Assembly: GCA_945903565.1 (NCBI GenBank)
Contig: CAMDPA010000001.1
Location: 1-40,514 of the forward strand
Origin: Devosia equisanguinis
GTDB lineage: Bacteria; Pseudomonadota; Alphaproteobacteria; Rhizobiales; Hyphomicrobiaceae
Direction: 5' to 3'
Length of the DNA: 40,514 nucleotides
Shown here: piece by piece, positions 29,001 through 39,780 of the stretch
Layout of the letters: every line of letters starts with the position of its first letter
Position numbering within the stretch: position 1 is the first letter of the stretch
Notes under the pieces: generated by a model
The model's input: the letters and a program-made list of their open reading frames with translations, nothing else
The model's database searches: none
What the model was told of the DNA's origin: nothing
Program-made: the position numbers and the translations under genes

Positions 29001-29759
29001 ATGACCATCGGTTATCAAACCTACGGCACCGGCCCGCACAAAGTGATCGCGCTGCACGGCTGGTTCGGCGACCACACGACGTTCGATCCGTGCTGGGATG
29101 CGCTGTCGCCGGACGCATTCACGTACGTTTTCCCGGCCTATCGCGGCTACGGCCTCTCGCGGCGGCTGACGGGCGCTTACACGGTGGAGGAAATCGCGAC
29201 CGACGTGATCGCGCTGGCCGACGCGCTCGGCTATGCCAAGTTCAGCCTGATCGGCCACTCGATGGGCGGCAAGGCGATCCAGCGCGTGCTGGCCGATGCG
29301 CCCGATCGCGTCACGAAAATGGTCGCGGTGACGCCGGTTCCCGCGTCGGGCGTGCCGTTCGACGACGCGACCCTCGGCCAATTCCGCGCGGCGGTGAATA
29401 ACCCTGTTGTCCGGCGTGGCATCGTCGGATTCTCCGTCGGCAACCGTCCACTGTCGGCAGTGTGGATCGACCGCATCGCGGGTGTGCCAGCACTTCCCGG
29501 CACGCCCGAAGCGTTCGCGGGGTATTTGGAATCGTGGGCGCGCGGCGACTTCAGCGACAAGATCAAGGGCAAGACTCTGCCGGTGAAAGTCATCGTCGGC
29601 GAGCACGACGGTGCGCTGACGCCCGACCTCATGAAAGCGACCTATCTCGCGCACTACCCCAACGCAACGCTCGACGTGATGAGCAATACCGGCCACTACC
29701 CGATGAACGAGACTCCGGTTGCACTCGCCAGCTCGATCGAGGCGTTCTTGCGGGGATAG
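29001..29759 (+). CDS. alpha/beta-fold hydrolase
   Basis: ATG at 29001 after GAGGGG. 252 aa. HGWFGD oxyanion region, nucleophile elbow GHSMGG, later GEHDG and GHYPM (Asp/His candidates). Confidence 0.85.
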   Translation: MTIGYQTYGTGPHKVIALHGWFGDHTTFDPCWDALSPDAFTYVFPAYRGYGLSRRLTGAYTVEEIATDVIALADALGYAKFSLIGHSMGGKAIQRVLADAPDRVTKMVAVTPVPASGVPFDDATLGQFRAAVNNPVVRRGIVGFSVGNRPLSAVWIDRIAGVPALPGTPEAFAGYLESWARGDFSDKIKGKTLPVKVIVGEHDGALTPDLMKATYLAHYPNATLDVMSNTGHYPMNETPVALASSIEAFLRG

Positions 29760-29779
29760 CGTTGCGTGGGCTGGGTCAA

Positions 29780-29812
29780 GCGTCGATGCGGAGCATCGCT
29801 CCGCGATGACGC
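29780..29812. repeat. 33-nt palindrome between convergent hydrolase and surf1 genes (bidirectional terminator or REP)
   Basis: GCGTC-gat-GCGGAGC-atc-GCTCCGC-gat-GACGC, preceded by TGGGTCAAGCG as in the 25099 unit. Confidence 0.6.
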
Positions 29813-29847
29813 GCCCCCCAGCAATCCACCTCGCGCCAGCCTACGAG

Positions 29848-30633
29848 CTACGATTTACGGACGTTGCGCAACCGCCCCGCCACAAACGCGCCGAACACGC
29901 CGGCCAGCGTCGCGGCGAGGCCGAACCACGTCAGTGCGTATTCGAGGTGGCGGTTCGGGATATTGAGGATCGTCGTGCCCCCCTTCGGCCAGCCGCCGGG
30001 GTTGGCGGGCTCGGCGAGGGCATCGACAAAGAACGGCATGATGCAGGATTTTTCGCGCAACTGCATCGCAGCGGCCATCCCATCGAGATCGCGCCAATAC
30101 CAGCTGTTCATTTTGGCATCGTTCGCCGGCGTGAATGCGCCGGGCTTTTCGGCAAGGCGCACCAATCCTATCACTTCCGTGGACTGCTGCCCGGCGGCGC
30201 GTTTCTCCGGCGCCTTCAGCGGCTCGGGGACGAACCCACGGTTCACGATCACGACCCGGCACGTCGCTCCGTCGAGAACCAGCGGCGTATAGACGTGAAA
30301 GCCCGGCCCCAGGCGAGGATCGGGCGCATAAAGGTACTGCTCGTGCTGATGGGCAAACCGGCCCCTCGCGCGGACGCGGGTGTACTCGACACTCTCCCAT
30401 GCCGAGCGATTGAACTTCTCACCATTGGGCTCGAGCGTCGCCGTCATCCGCGAGGAAACGACCCCGAGCGTTACAGGCTCTGCCGTCGTACGCTCCCTGA
30501 TCTGCTCGACCAGCCCATCTTTCCACGCCTTGCGCTGCATCTGCCAGGTGCCCAGCCCAAGCAGGAATGCCAGCGCCGGCAGTGCCAGCAGCGTCGGCCA
30601 CATCAGACCGGCATCTCGGAAGCGTTGCAGCAT
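29848..30633 (-). CDS. SURF1/Shy1-family cytochrome oxidase assembly protein
   Basis: ORF 29848..31089(-); the plausible start is ATG 30633 (261 aa). N-terminal TM then LGTWQMQRKAWK, C-terminal HLEYALTWFGLA plus a second TM, the classic SURF1 layout. The upstream 150 codons are Arg/Pro-rich and overlap the DUF983 gene. Confidence 0.85.
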   Translation of the reverse strand: MLQRFRDAGLMWPTLLALPALAFLLGLGTWQMQRKAWKDGLVEQIRERTTAEPVTLGVVSSRMTATLEPNGEKFNRSAWESVEYTRVRARGRFAHQHEQYLYAPDPRLGPGFHVYTPLVLDGATCRVVIVNRGFVPEPLKAPEKRAAGQQSTEVIGLVRLAEKPGAFTPANDAKMNSWYWRDLDGMAAAMQLREKSCIMPFFVDALAEPANPGGWPKGGTTILNIPNRHLEYALTWFGLAATLAGVFGAFVAGRLRNVRKS

Positions 30634-30644
30634 CGCGCAAACTC

Positions 30645-31034
30645 TCACTCCTTGCCCGCGTCCTTGTCGAGCCGCCCTTGCTCGGCCTTGTGGTGATACT
30701 GCAGCGCGACGAGCACGCCCTTCAGCGGCCGCAGCAGCCCGAACGCGACCACCAGCGTGATCGGCACCCACAACAGAATATGCACCCAGAACGGCGGGTT
30801 CATGCGGAACTCGACCCACAATGCGCCACCGAGGATCACGACGCCCAGGATCAGGATCGCGAACACAGCAGGCCCATCGCCGGGGTCGACGAACTTGAGG
30901 CCGAGGTCGCAGACATCGCAGCGCTCGACCACGTCGAGCGAGAACCCGCCGGTGAACAGCTGGCCCTTGCCGCAGCGCGGGCAGCGGCAGCGCAGACCAG
31001 CCACGACCGGCGAAACGTGGGGAGCATCGCTCAT
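30645..31034 (-). CDS. DUF983 domain-containing membrane protein (zinc-ribbon plus 2 TM)
   Basis: 129 aa. CRCPRCGKGQLF...ERCDVCDL Cys4 ribbon, two hydrophobic helices. 11 nt upstream of surf1, a common companion of cox clusters in alphaproteobacteria as I recall. Confidence 0.8.
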   Translation of the reverse strand: MSDAPHVSPVVAGLRCRCPRCGKGQLFTGGFSLDVVERCDVCDLGLKFVDPGDGPAVFAILILGVVILGGALWVEFRMNPPFWVHILLWVPITLVVAFGLLRPLKGVLVALQYHHKAEQGRLDKDAGKE

Positions 31035-31105
31035 ACCGGCAGCCTATCGGCCCGACGCCGCCGCTACGCAATCGTGCCGATCGCCACACGGCGCGAAGGC
31101 GCCCA

Positions 31106-32485
31106 TCAAGGCACCGCGAGATACCCGATCCGCCCGCCTTGGGCTGCCCGGAACCGCTCCAACTCCGCCTGCACCTCGCGCGGATGCAACGGCCGCCCGG
31201 TCGTGCGGATACGGTCGGTCTCCAACGCGATCAGCCGTTGCAGGATCGGCTCGGCGGTATCGTGCAGCATGCCGATGGTGGCGATCGTGCGCGCCTGCAT
31301 GTTGGACGGAACCTTCGGGAAGCCCGCCTTCACGACGAGGCTTTTTGCGATGTCGGGCGCATAGCTCGTCAGCCGGCCCATCAAGGCCATCACGCCCATG
31401 CGCAGGTCCTCGCGGAACTGGTAGCCGTGCGCATCCATCCAGTCGAACAGCTTGGACATCAGCAGGTCCTGCATCCGCAGGTTCGACGTCACCCGGTAGT
31501 CGCGCCATTCCGCCACGACATCGAACGCCGGCTCCACCTCGAAATCGGCCGGCGCGAAGGTGTCGGTCGCGGTCACGCCGAGCCGCTCGAAGAAGTCGCG
31601 GTTGGTCATCGTCAAGCGCGTGGGAAAACTCGGCAGGCTCATCTTGCCGCCGCTGGCGCCGACGTAGCCATGGCGCACCAGCTTGGAGCAGAAGAAGCGG
31701 TCGTCGCCCGCCAGCTCCATGCTGAAATCATAGGGCATCCAGCCGAACGGCCCGGCCCGCGATTTCTGCACATACTCCGCCACCAACGCCGCGGCACGAC
31801 GGGCGAGATCGGCGTCACGATGACGGAACAACACCGCGCGGCCCAGCCCATGACCGAGCGCGTCGTCGAGCGGGCTCCATGTCGACCCCTCCTCGATCAG
31901 CGCCTCGACGAGCCAACGCTGCCCGTCCTCGTCGATGTGAACGATGCCGACATGGCTGAACTGGGAATCCGCATCGCCGATGCGCGCGATCGCCGCGCTG
32001 TTGTGGAGTTGCCCACGCACCAGGATCACGTCGCCGGCCCGGATCGAAACGCGCGCGCCATCCCGCAGCGCCGGGTGCATCATCGTCCATTCCGGCGGGC
32101 CTTCGAAAGCGGTGTGGGTACGATCCCCCGGCGCCAGACGCGCATAACCCGCCGCCACTTCGCCGATGATATCGCAGGTATAGCGCAGCACCCGCATGGC
32201 GCTGCGCAGGGCCAACGGCGCGCCGTCGCGCATGGCGCCCTTGGCGTGCCATTCGGGGATGCGGTCACGCAGCGTGAGGTAGAGATCGAACAGATTCTCG
32301 CCCGCGGGCACCGCTATCGCCTTCACCCCGGCGACGTCGAGCTTGGCGAAATCGGTGCCATAGATCGCCTGATAGAGGTCCTCCATGTTGCGCTTCAGAT
32401 CCGCCGCGCTGGCGACCGGCCGGGCGACGATGCCGCGCCACTGGCCAATCGAATCCGCGAGCAGCCTAAGCCCCGCTCCCTCCAC
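31106..32485 (-). CDS. large YiiX/YaeF-like permuted papain-fold (NlpC/P60 clan) protein
   Basis: ORF 31106..32572(-). In-frame GTG at 32485 lies 5 nt after GGGAGG, and the codons upstream of it are atypical. Core RAGDVILVRG...SAAIARIGDADSQFSHVGIVH (His block) precedes DDRFFCSKLVRHGY (Cys block), i.e. the permuted His-before-Cys order of the YiiX family. Family call is from motif memory only. Confidence 0.55.
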   Translation of the reverse strand: MEGAGLRLLADSIGQWRGIVARPVASAADLKRNMEDLYQAIYGTDFAKLDVAGVKAIAVPAGENLFDLYLTLRDRIPEWHAKGAMRDGAPLALRSAMRVLRYTCDIIGEVAAGYARLAPGDRTHTAFEGPPEWTMMHPALRDGARVSIRAGDVILVRGQLHNSAAIARIGDADSQFSHVGIVHIDEDGQRWLVEALIEEGSTWSPLDDALGHGLGRAVLFRHRDADLARRAAALVAEYVQKSRAGPFGWMPYDFSMELAGDDRFFCSKLVRHGYVGASGGKMSLPSFPTRLTMTNRDFFERLGVTATDTFAPADFEVEPAFDVVAEWRDYRVTSNLRMQDLLMSKLFDWMDAHGYQFREDLRMGVMALMGRLTSYAPDIAKSLVVKAGFPKVPSNMQARTIATIGMLHDTAEPILQRLIALETDRIRTTGRPLHPREVQAELERFRAAQGGRIGYLAVP

Positions 32486-32626
32486 GCAACCCTCCCTCGG
32501 CCCCAACGCAAACTCAGCCCCGGCTGCTGGCCTCTCGAGGGCCGGTCTGTCGCACAGGACACGCGAGATCATAACAGCAAACGATCACGCTGCGTAAGCG
32601 GGGCCAATGGCGATTGAGCCTCGCCG

Positions 32627-32658
32627 AATGCAGAAAGGGCGGCACTGTGGCCGCCCTT
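32627..32658 (-). terminator. rho-independent terminator after ctaE
   Basis: On the minus strand AAGGGCGGC-cacagt-GCCGCCCTT followed by TCTGCATT. 26 nt after the ctaE stop. Confidence 0.7.
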
Positions 32659-32683
32659 CGCAAACTGACAGGTCTTGCCGCGC

Positions 32684-33655
32684 TTAGTGGGCGAGCGGCG
32701 TGCCGCCGGCCCACACGTAGATGCAGGCGAACAGGAACAGCCAGACCACGTCGACGAAGTGCCAGTACCAGGCCGCTGCCTCGAAGCCGAAGTGCTGCTT
32801 CGACGTGAAGTGTCCAGCAAGCGCCCGCATCAGGCACACGAACAGGAAGATCGTGCCGATGAGAACGTGCGCGCCGTGGAACCCGGTCGCCATAAAGAAC
32901 GTGGCACCGTAGAGATGGCCGCCGAAGCTGAAGCCCGCGTGCATATATTCATAAGCCTGGCAGGCCGTGAACAGCATGCCGAGGATGACGGTCAGCGTCA
33001 GGCCCCAGATGAGGCCCTTGCGGTCGTCCTTCAGCAGGGCATGGTGCGCCCAGGTGACGGTCGTGCCCGACAACAGCAGGATCAGCGTGTTGATGAAGGG
33101 CAAGCCCCACGGATCGAAGGTGCCCTTGAAGTTGCCGCCGGCTGCGGTCTGCGCGACAGCCTTGGGCGGCCAGTGCCCGCCGGTCAACGCGTTGCGATCG
33201 ACCATGCCGAGGATCGACTTGTCCGAGGGCGTAACACCATCGGGCCCGTGAATGGGCAAGCCGTAGATCTCGGCCGGGAAGAACGCCGCATCGAAAAACG
33301 CCCAGAACCAGGCGACGAAGAACATCACTTCCGAGGCGATGAACAGGATCATGCCGTAGCGCAGGTGAAGCTGCACGACCGGCGTATGATCGCCTTTATG
33401 CGCCTCGCGGATCACATCGCGCCACCACATGAAGGCGATCGCGCAAACGAAGGCCGCGCCGACATAGAACGTCGTCGCGCCACGCAGCATCAGGCCGGGC
33501 AACTGCAACCCACTGGACGGATCGGACGGCACCGTACGCATCCACGCGATCGCGCCGACCGCCATGATGAAGGCGCTGAGCGAGGCGAGCGCCGGCCACG
33601 GGCTCGGATCGACCAAGTGGTAGTCGTGATTGGGTTTGGCGTGGCTATCGGCCAT
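32684..33655 (-). CDS. ctaE: cytochrome c oxidase subunit III
   Basis: ORF to 33730; ATG at 33655 after [17 protein letters not shown] start, ...[26 protein letters not shown]..., [28 protein letters not shown]. At 323 aa it seems to carry a longer loop before FDPWGLP than I expect. Confidence 0.93.
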   Translation of the reverse strand: MADSHAKPNHDYHLVDPSPWPALASLSAFIMAVGAIAWMRTVPSDPSSGLQLPGLMLRGATTFYVGAAFVCAIAFMWWRDVIREAHKGDHTPVVQLHLRYGMILFIASEVMFFVAWFWAFFDAAFFPAEIYGLPIHGPDGVTPSDKSILGMVDRNALTGGHWPPKAVAQTAAGGNFKGTFDPWGLPFINTLILLLSGTTVTWAHHALLKDDRKGLIWGLTLTVILGMLFTACQAYEYMHAGFSFGGHLYGATFFMATGFHGAHVLIGTIFLFVCLMRALAGHFTSKQHFGFEAAAWYWHFVDVVWLFLFACIYVWAGGTPLAH

Positions 33656-33753
33656 GTCTCGCAGTCTCCCGTCGTCTTGTCCGTATGTCGTCGATTTACT
33701 TGTCTTGATACTTGTCTTGCCGGCGCGCATTCACGCCTGCGAGCCGTAAACTG

Positions 33754-34326
33754 CTAACCGCCCTCGCCCTTCGCGACCGGTCGTACTTCGGCGGCCTGCT
33801 TGGGCTTGTCGACTGGAAAGAATGTGTAGGACAGCGTGATCGTCGACAACCGCGTTGCGTCCTTGTCGTCCACCAGGGATGGATCGACATAGAAGCTCAC
33901 CGGCATATCGACGGTCTCGCCGGGCTCGAGCCGCTGCTCCTTGAAGCAGAAGCACTCGAGCTTATTGAAGAAGCTGCCGGCGATATCGGGCGTGACGTTG
34001 AACGTCGCCGTGCCCGTTAGCGGTTTGTCTGAGGTATTCGTCGCCCGATAGAACGCCAGAGCGTTCTCGCCGATCCGCACCTTCATCGTCCGCACCACCG
34101 GCTCGAACGACCAGGCAAGCCCGTTCACGTTCGCGTCGAAACGAATGGTGATGGTGCGGTCGAGCACCTTGTCGGACGCCTTCGTCACGCGCTGCGTGGT
34201 TCCGCCGTAGCCGGTCATCTGGCAAAATAGCTGATAGAGCGGCACCGCCGCGTAAGCCATGCCGAGCATGCCCACCGCCACGCACCCCAGGATCGCGCCG
34301 ACGCGTTTGTTGGGATCCGCTAGCAT
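33754..34326 (-). CDS. ctaG: cytochrome c oxidase assembly protein CtaG/Cox11
   Basis: 190 aa. N-terminal TM, VPLYQLFCQMTGYGGT, FNKLECFCF (copper-binding Cys motif). Start overlaps the upstream ORF stop by 7 nt. Confidence 0.92.
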   Translation of the reverse strand: MLADPNKRVGAILGCVAVGMLGMAYAAVPLYQLFCQMTGYGGTTQRVTKASDKVLDRTITIRFDANVNGLAWSFEPVVRTMKVRIGENALAFYRATNTSDKPLTGTATFNVTPDIAGSFFNKLECFCFKEQRLEPGETVDMPVSFYVDPSLVDDKDATRLSTITLSYTFFPVDKPKQAAEVRPVAKGEGG

Positions 34327-34745
34327 GTGCCCGCCTTCTTGCAGGCGGCAAGGTCCTTCGACTTGTCCTCGATGATCACGTTCTTCTTCGCCGCGTTCAT
34401 ATCCAAACCGTCGCGCTTAAGAGCGTTGGGGCCGAGCCGGACGAGCGTCGCGACATAGAAGATCGCGACCAGCGCACCCAGGGCCAGGCCGATCGCGGTC
34501 GAGCGCGTCCGCTGGCGGCGCTGGAATTCGTCGCGCGGCAGCGTGGCCGGATCGGGTCGCATCGAACCGATCCACAGGGCGACACCGACAACGAACAGGC
34601 CGGCCCCCGCAGTCTGCAAGCGGCCGGCACCCCAGCTGTTCAGCAGCATGGCGACGACGAAGCCGATCAGCGTGCCGCCGGCCAGGAAGCCAGCGCGATG
34701 AACGGAGCCTGGGCTGCCGGACGGCATTGTGCGATTCCCACTCAT
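34320..34745 (-). CDS. CoxF-like small cytochrome oxidase cluster membrane protein, extended form
   Basis: 141 aa. ATGA overlap with the ctaB stop and ATGCTAG overlap with the ctaG start. High GC3 over the full length. Three hydrophobic helices. [30 protein letters not shown] resembles the short protein usually found between ctaB and ctaG. Hydrophilic tail ends CKKAGTC. Confidence 0.65.
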   Translation of the reverse strand: MSGNRTMPSGSPGSVHRAGFLAGGTLIGFVVAMLLNSWGAGRLQTAGAGLFVVGVALWIGSMRPDPATLPRDEFQRRQRTRSTAIGLALGALVAIFYVATLVRLGPNALKRDGLDMNAAKKNVIIEDKSKDLAACKKAGTC

Positions 34746-35686
34746 GCCGTCAACCGGGATGCGACCTGCTCGGCCAGCAGCGCGGCGAACAAGGCAAACA
34801 AATAGAGGATCGAGAACAGGAACAGGCGCTTGGCAACGGCGTCCGCGGCCTCGCCTTGCCGCACCTTGAACACCTGCCTGGCGAGCGCCAGGAACACCGC
34901 GCCGCTCACCACGGACACGGCCAGATAGAACATCCCGCCAAGCCCGATGAACGACGGCACGATTGCCAGCGGAACCAAAAGCACCGAGTAGAGCAGGATC
35001 TGCCGCCGCGTCTCGTCCGGCCCCGCCACCACAGGCAGCATCGGCACGCCGACGCGCTCATAGTCTTTGCAACGGTAGAGCGCGAGCGCCCAGAAGTGCG
35101 GCGGCGTCCACATGAATATGATGAGAAACAGAAGCATGCTCTCCAGGCTCACCGAGCCTGTCACCGCTGCCCAGCCGATCATCGGTGGGAAGGCGCCGGC
35201 GGCGCCGCCGATCACGATGTTCTGCGGCGTCCGCCGCTTCAGCCACATCGTATAGACGAACACGTAGAACCCGATGGTCAAGGCCAGCAGCGCGCCCGCC
35301 GTCAGGTTGACAGTGATGCCCAGCGTAATGATCGAGAACACGCTGAGCACGATGCCAAAGCCCAGCGCTTCGTCCGGCGTGATCCGGCCGGTTGGGATCG
35401 GTCGGCCCGCAGTCCGCGTCATCCGTGCGTCGATATCCGCATCGTACCACATGTTGAGCGCACCCGACGCGCCGGCCCCCACCGCGATACACAGGATCGC
35501 GATGACGCCGAGCACGGGATGGATGTGCCCCGGCGCCGTCACCATGCCGACGAGCCCCGTAAAGACCACGAGCGACATCACCCGCGGCTTCATCAGCTCT
35601 AGGAAGTCGCCCACGGTTCCCCCAAGTTGCGCACCCGTCGAAGCGCCCAACTCGTCAGTCCCGGCCTTGGTGCCAACTCGTGCCAC
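34742..35686 (-). CDS. ctaB: protohaem IX farnesyltransferase (haem O synthase)
   Basis: 314 aa. GTG start 6 nt after GAGGA. UbiA-family motifs ([44 protein letters not shown]). 8-9 TM segments. Confidence 0.92.
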   Translation of the reverse strand: MARVGTKAGTDELGASTGAQLGGTVGDFLELMKPRVMSLVVFTGLVGMVTAPGHIHPVLGVIAILCIAVGAGASGALNMWYDADIDARMTRTAGRPIPTGRITPDEALGFGIVLSVFSIITLGITVNLTAGALLALTIGFYVFVYTMWLKRRTPQNIVIGGAAGAFPPMIGWAAVTGSVSLESMLLFLIIFMWTPPHFWALALYRCKDYERVGVPMLPVVAGPDETRRQILLYSVLLVPLAIVPSFIGLGGMFYLAVSVVSGAVFLALARQVFKVRQGEAADAVAKRLFLFSILYLFALFAALLAEQVASRLTA

Positions 35687-35695
35687 GAAACGTCC

Positions 35696-37384
<1,689 letters not shown>

Positions 37385-37413
37385 TTAAGGCGCGATCTTG
37401 ATACGCGCTTGCG

Positions 37414-38490
37414 TCAGTTTGCCTTGCCGGCCTCGGCGGCCAAACGAACCGGTGATTTCTCATCCTCGAGCGATGCCTTCCGCAACTCTTCGCGGGCCCG
37501 ATTGATGATGCCCCGCCGTGTGGTCGAGTTGCGCTCGTTCTTGGCCGTCTTCATTGCGCCGGCCCAGTCGTCGAAGGCCTTCTGGCTGACGACGCGGATC
37601 GCGATCGGCATGGACGAGTGATCCTTGCCGCACAGCTCCGAGCACTGGCCGAAGTAAAGGCCGCGTTTGGTCGCCTTGAACCAGGTCGCAGTCACGCGGC
37701 CCGGAACGGCATCGACCTTCGAGCCGAACGACGGAATGGTCCAATTGTGGATCACGTCGGCCGCCGTGACCAGCACGTGGACGACTTTATTCTCGGGAAC
37801 AGCGATCTCGTTATCGACCGAGAGCTGCCGCACGAGGCCGCGCTTCGCGTAGAGCGGCAGGGCGTCAGCATAGACGCGCTTCAAGTAGGCCAGCCCACCA
37901 GCCCGCTCGAGTGCGCCGTAGCGCTTCTCGTATTCATCCGCGCCGAGCTCGGCCGTCAGGACATCCTTGTCCTGGATCATGCTGGAGATGACTGTAAAGC
38001 CATCGAAATCCGGGTACTCGTGCTCCCACTTCCACGTGCTGCCGGTCGCCTTAATGGTCAAATCCGGCGGGGGATAAGCGTACTGCTTGTAGAGCAGCTT
38101 GAACGAGGGAACCGCAATCACGACCAGGATCAGGATCGGGATCACCGTCCACGCGATCTCGAGGCCGGTGTGGTGCGTCGTCCGCGACGGTGTCGGATTG
38201 GCATTCTCATTGAAGCGCACGACCACGTAGATCATCAGCGCCAGCACGAACAATGTGATCGCGATGATCACGATGTTCACCACGTCGTGGAATCTATTGA
38301 TCTCGGCAGCGACTTCCGTCACCGGATCCTGCAGGGTCTTTTGCCACGGTGAAGGCTGGCCGGCCCCGGCCATGACCGGCCATGTCGCTGCCAGGTACAA
38401 GGGCAGGCCCACTGCCACCCCGGTTACCAGCCGGGATGCCCCGGCCCACAGGCCCTGCATGATGCCGCTTTTCGCCACGAGATCCCTCAT
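37414..38490 (-). CDS. ctaC: cytochrome c oxidase subunit II
   Basis: 358 aa. Two N-terminal TM helices, CuA site HNWTIPSFG...CSELCGKDHSSM. About 60-aa charged C-terminal extension. Confidence 0.93.
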   Translation of the reverse strand: MRDLVAKSGIMQGLWAGASRLVTGVAVGLPLYLAATWPVMAGAGQPSPWQKTLQDPVTEVAAEINRFHDVVNIVIIAITLFVLALMIYVVVRFNENANPTPSRTTHHTGLEIAWTVIPILILVVIAVPSFKLLYKQYAYPPPDLTIKATGSTWKWEHEYPDFDGFTVISSMIQDKDVLTAELGADEYEKRYGALERAGGLAYLKRVYADALPLYAKRGLVRQLSVDNEIAVPENKVVHVLVTAADVIHNWTIPSFGSKVDAVPGRVTATWFKATKRGLYFGQCSELCGKDHSSMPIAIRVVSQKAFDDWAGAMKTAKNERNSTTRRGIINRAREELRKASLEDEKSPVRLAAEAGKAN

Positions 38491-38859
38491 GCCTTCTTCG
38501 TTGCCACCACTACGAACACGACGCGATCACCGACCGCGCAGCCGCGAGGCGCTTCGTCTGCCACAGAGCACGAAGCTTTCCCGCGTCTCAAGCAGGCGTT
38601 CTGCCGCATTGGCCGCGGTCAGCGCTGTATTCCCCGGCTTGCGCGCGCCAACTGAGCCACCGATTTCCCCGTGCCGCCCCGTGCGCCGACCAGCCGCAGT
38701 CCCAAAACGGCCAGATTCGTCCACGACAGAGCCAATAGGACGGTGCCGGGTGGTCTTGCAAGCTCCCGCTGAGCTATCGTCCGCATTCTCCGCCGGTATT
38801 GCACCTGCCGCCCCTTCTCCATTTCCCTACCGACACCATGCGATCCCCAGAGAGGCGCC

Positions 38860-39462
38860 GTGACCGCGACCAGCTTCATACCCGCCAAGCACCGCTTGGC
38901 TTTCGCGCTCGCCGGTTCGCTGGCCGCGAGTTCCATCGCCGCGCCCCTGCCGGCCTCGGCCCAAGGACTGCCGCAAGCCAAAGCCCAGCCGCAACCCCAG
39001 GCGAAGTCGGGTCAGCCGCTCGTTAGTCCCCGCCCCGGCAGCACCGTCAAGGCACAGTTCGGGGACTGGAAGCACGAGTGCTCCAAACCTCCCGGCGCCC
39101 GACTCGAGTTGTGCGCTATCACACAGGACGTGACCGACGAGGCCAACTCGGACGTCGGCGTCAGCGTCCATGTGCAGAAACTACCCGGCGGTGAAAGCCT
39201 GTTGCGCGTAATTGCCCCGCTCGGCGTGCTGCTGACGCACAATCTCGCAGTTCGCGTCGATGGCGACAATCTCGGCGAAGCGCCGTTCCTGCGCTGTTAC
39301 GTGCTGGGCTGCCAAGCCCAGATCGAGCTCGACGATAAGCTTCGCGGCAAGCTTGCAAGTGGCAAGACGATGCTGCTCGTGATCCACCGTACCGCCGAGC
39401 AAGGCGTCGGAATCCCGATTTCGCTCAACGGCTTTGCGCCGGCGTTTGCCGCGCTGAAGTAG
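38860..39462 (+). CDS. invasion-associated locus B (IalB) family protein
   Basis: GTG start 5 nt after GAGAGG. Signal peptide ending PASAQG, Gln/Pro/Lys-rich linker, then GDWKHECSKP...LCAITQDV...LRVIAPLGVLL...FLRCYVLGCQAQIEL, typical of IalB. Divergent from ctaC. Confidence 0.82.
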   Translation: MTATSFIPAKHRLAFALAGSLAASSIAAPLPASAQGLPQAKAQPQPQAKSGQPLVSPRPGSTVKAQFGDWKHECSKPPGARLELCAITQDVTDEANSDVGVSVHVQKLPGGESLLRVIAPLGVLLTHNLAVRVDGDNLGEAPFLRCYVLGCQAQIELDDKLRGKLASGKTMLLVIHRTAEQGVGIPISLNGFAPAFAALK

Positions 39463-39780
39463 CCCGCTCTTTAAGCAACTGTTGCGGCCTCGCACCGCTC
39501 TCAAAAATCGCTTCACGTGCAATCGATATCCCGATTTGCGGTACGCATTTTATCCTTTAAACTGTGAACAAGTCTGCCGGAGAGGCAATTGCCGCCGAGC
39601 ACGACGCATGGCATCGGCCCGTTTGCCGGTGCCCCGACTTTGGGTTCGTGGCGCGTCCCGTGGCCGGTTATCAGCGATGCATACTGAACAGACGCGAATT
39701 GCGAGAATGCCCCTGTCCCGCGACGGCTGCCGCGCCTGTCGTACCGTGGGCGACCAATATTGACGCTGGAGTAACAAGTC

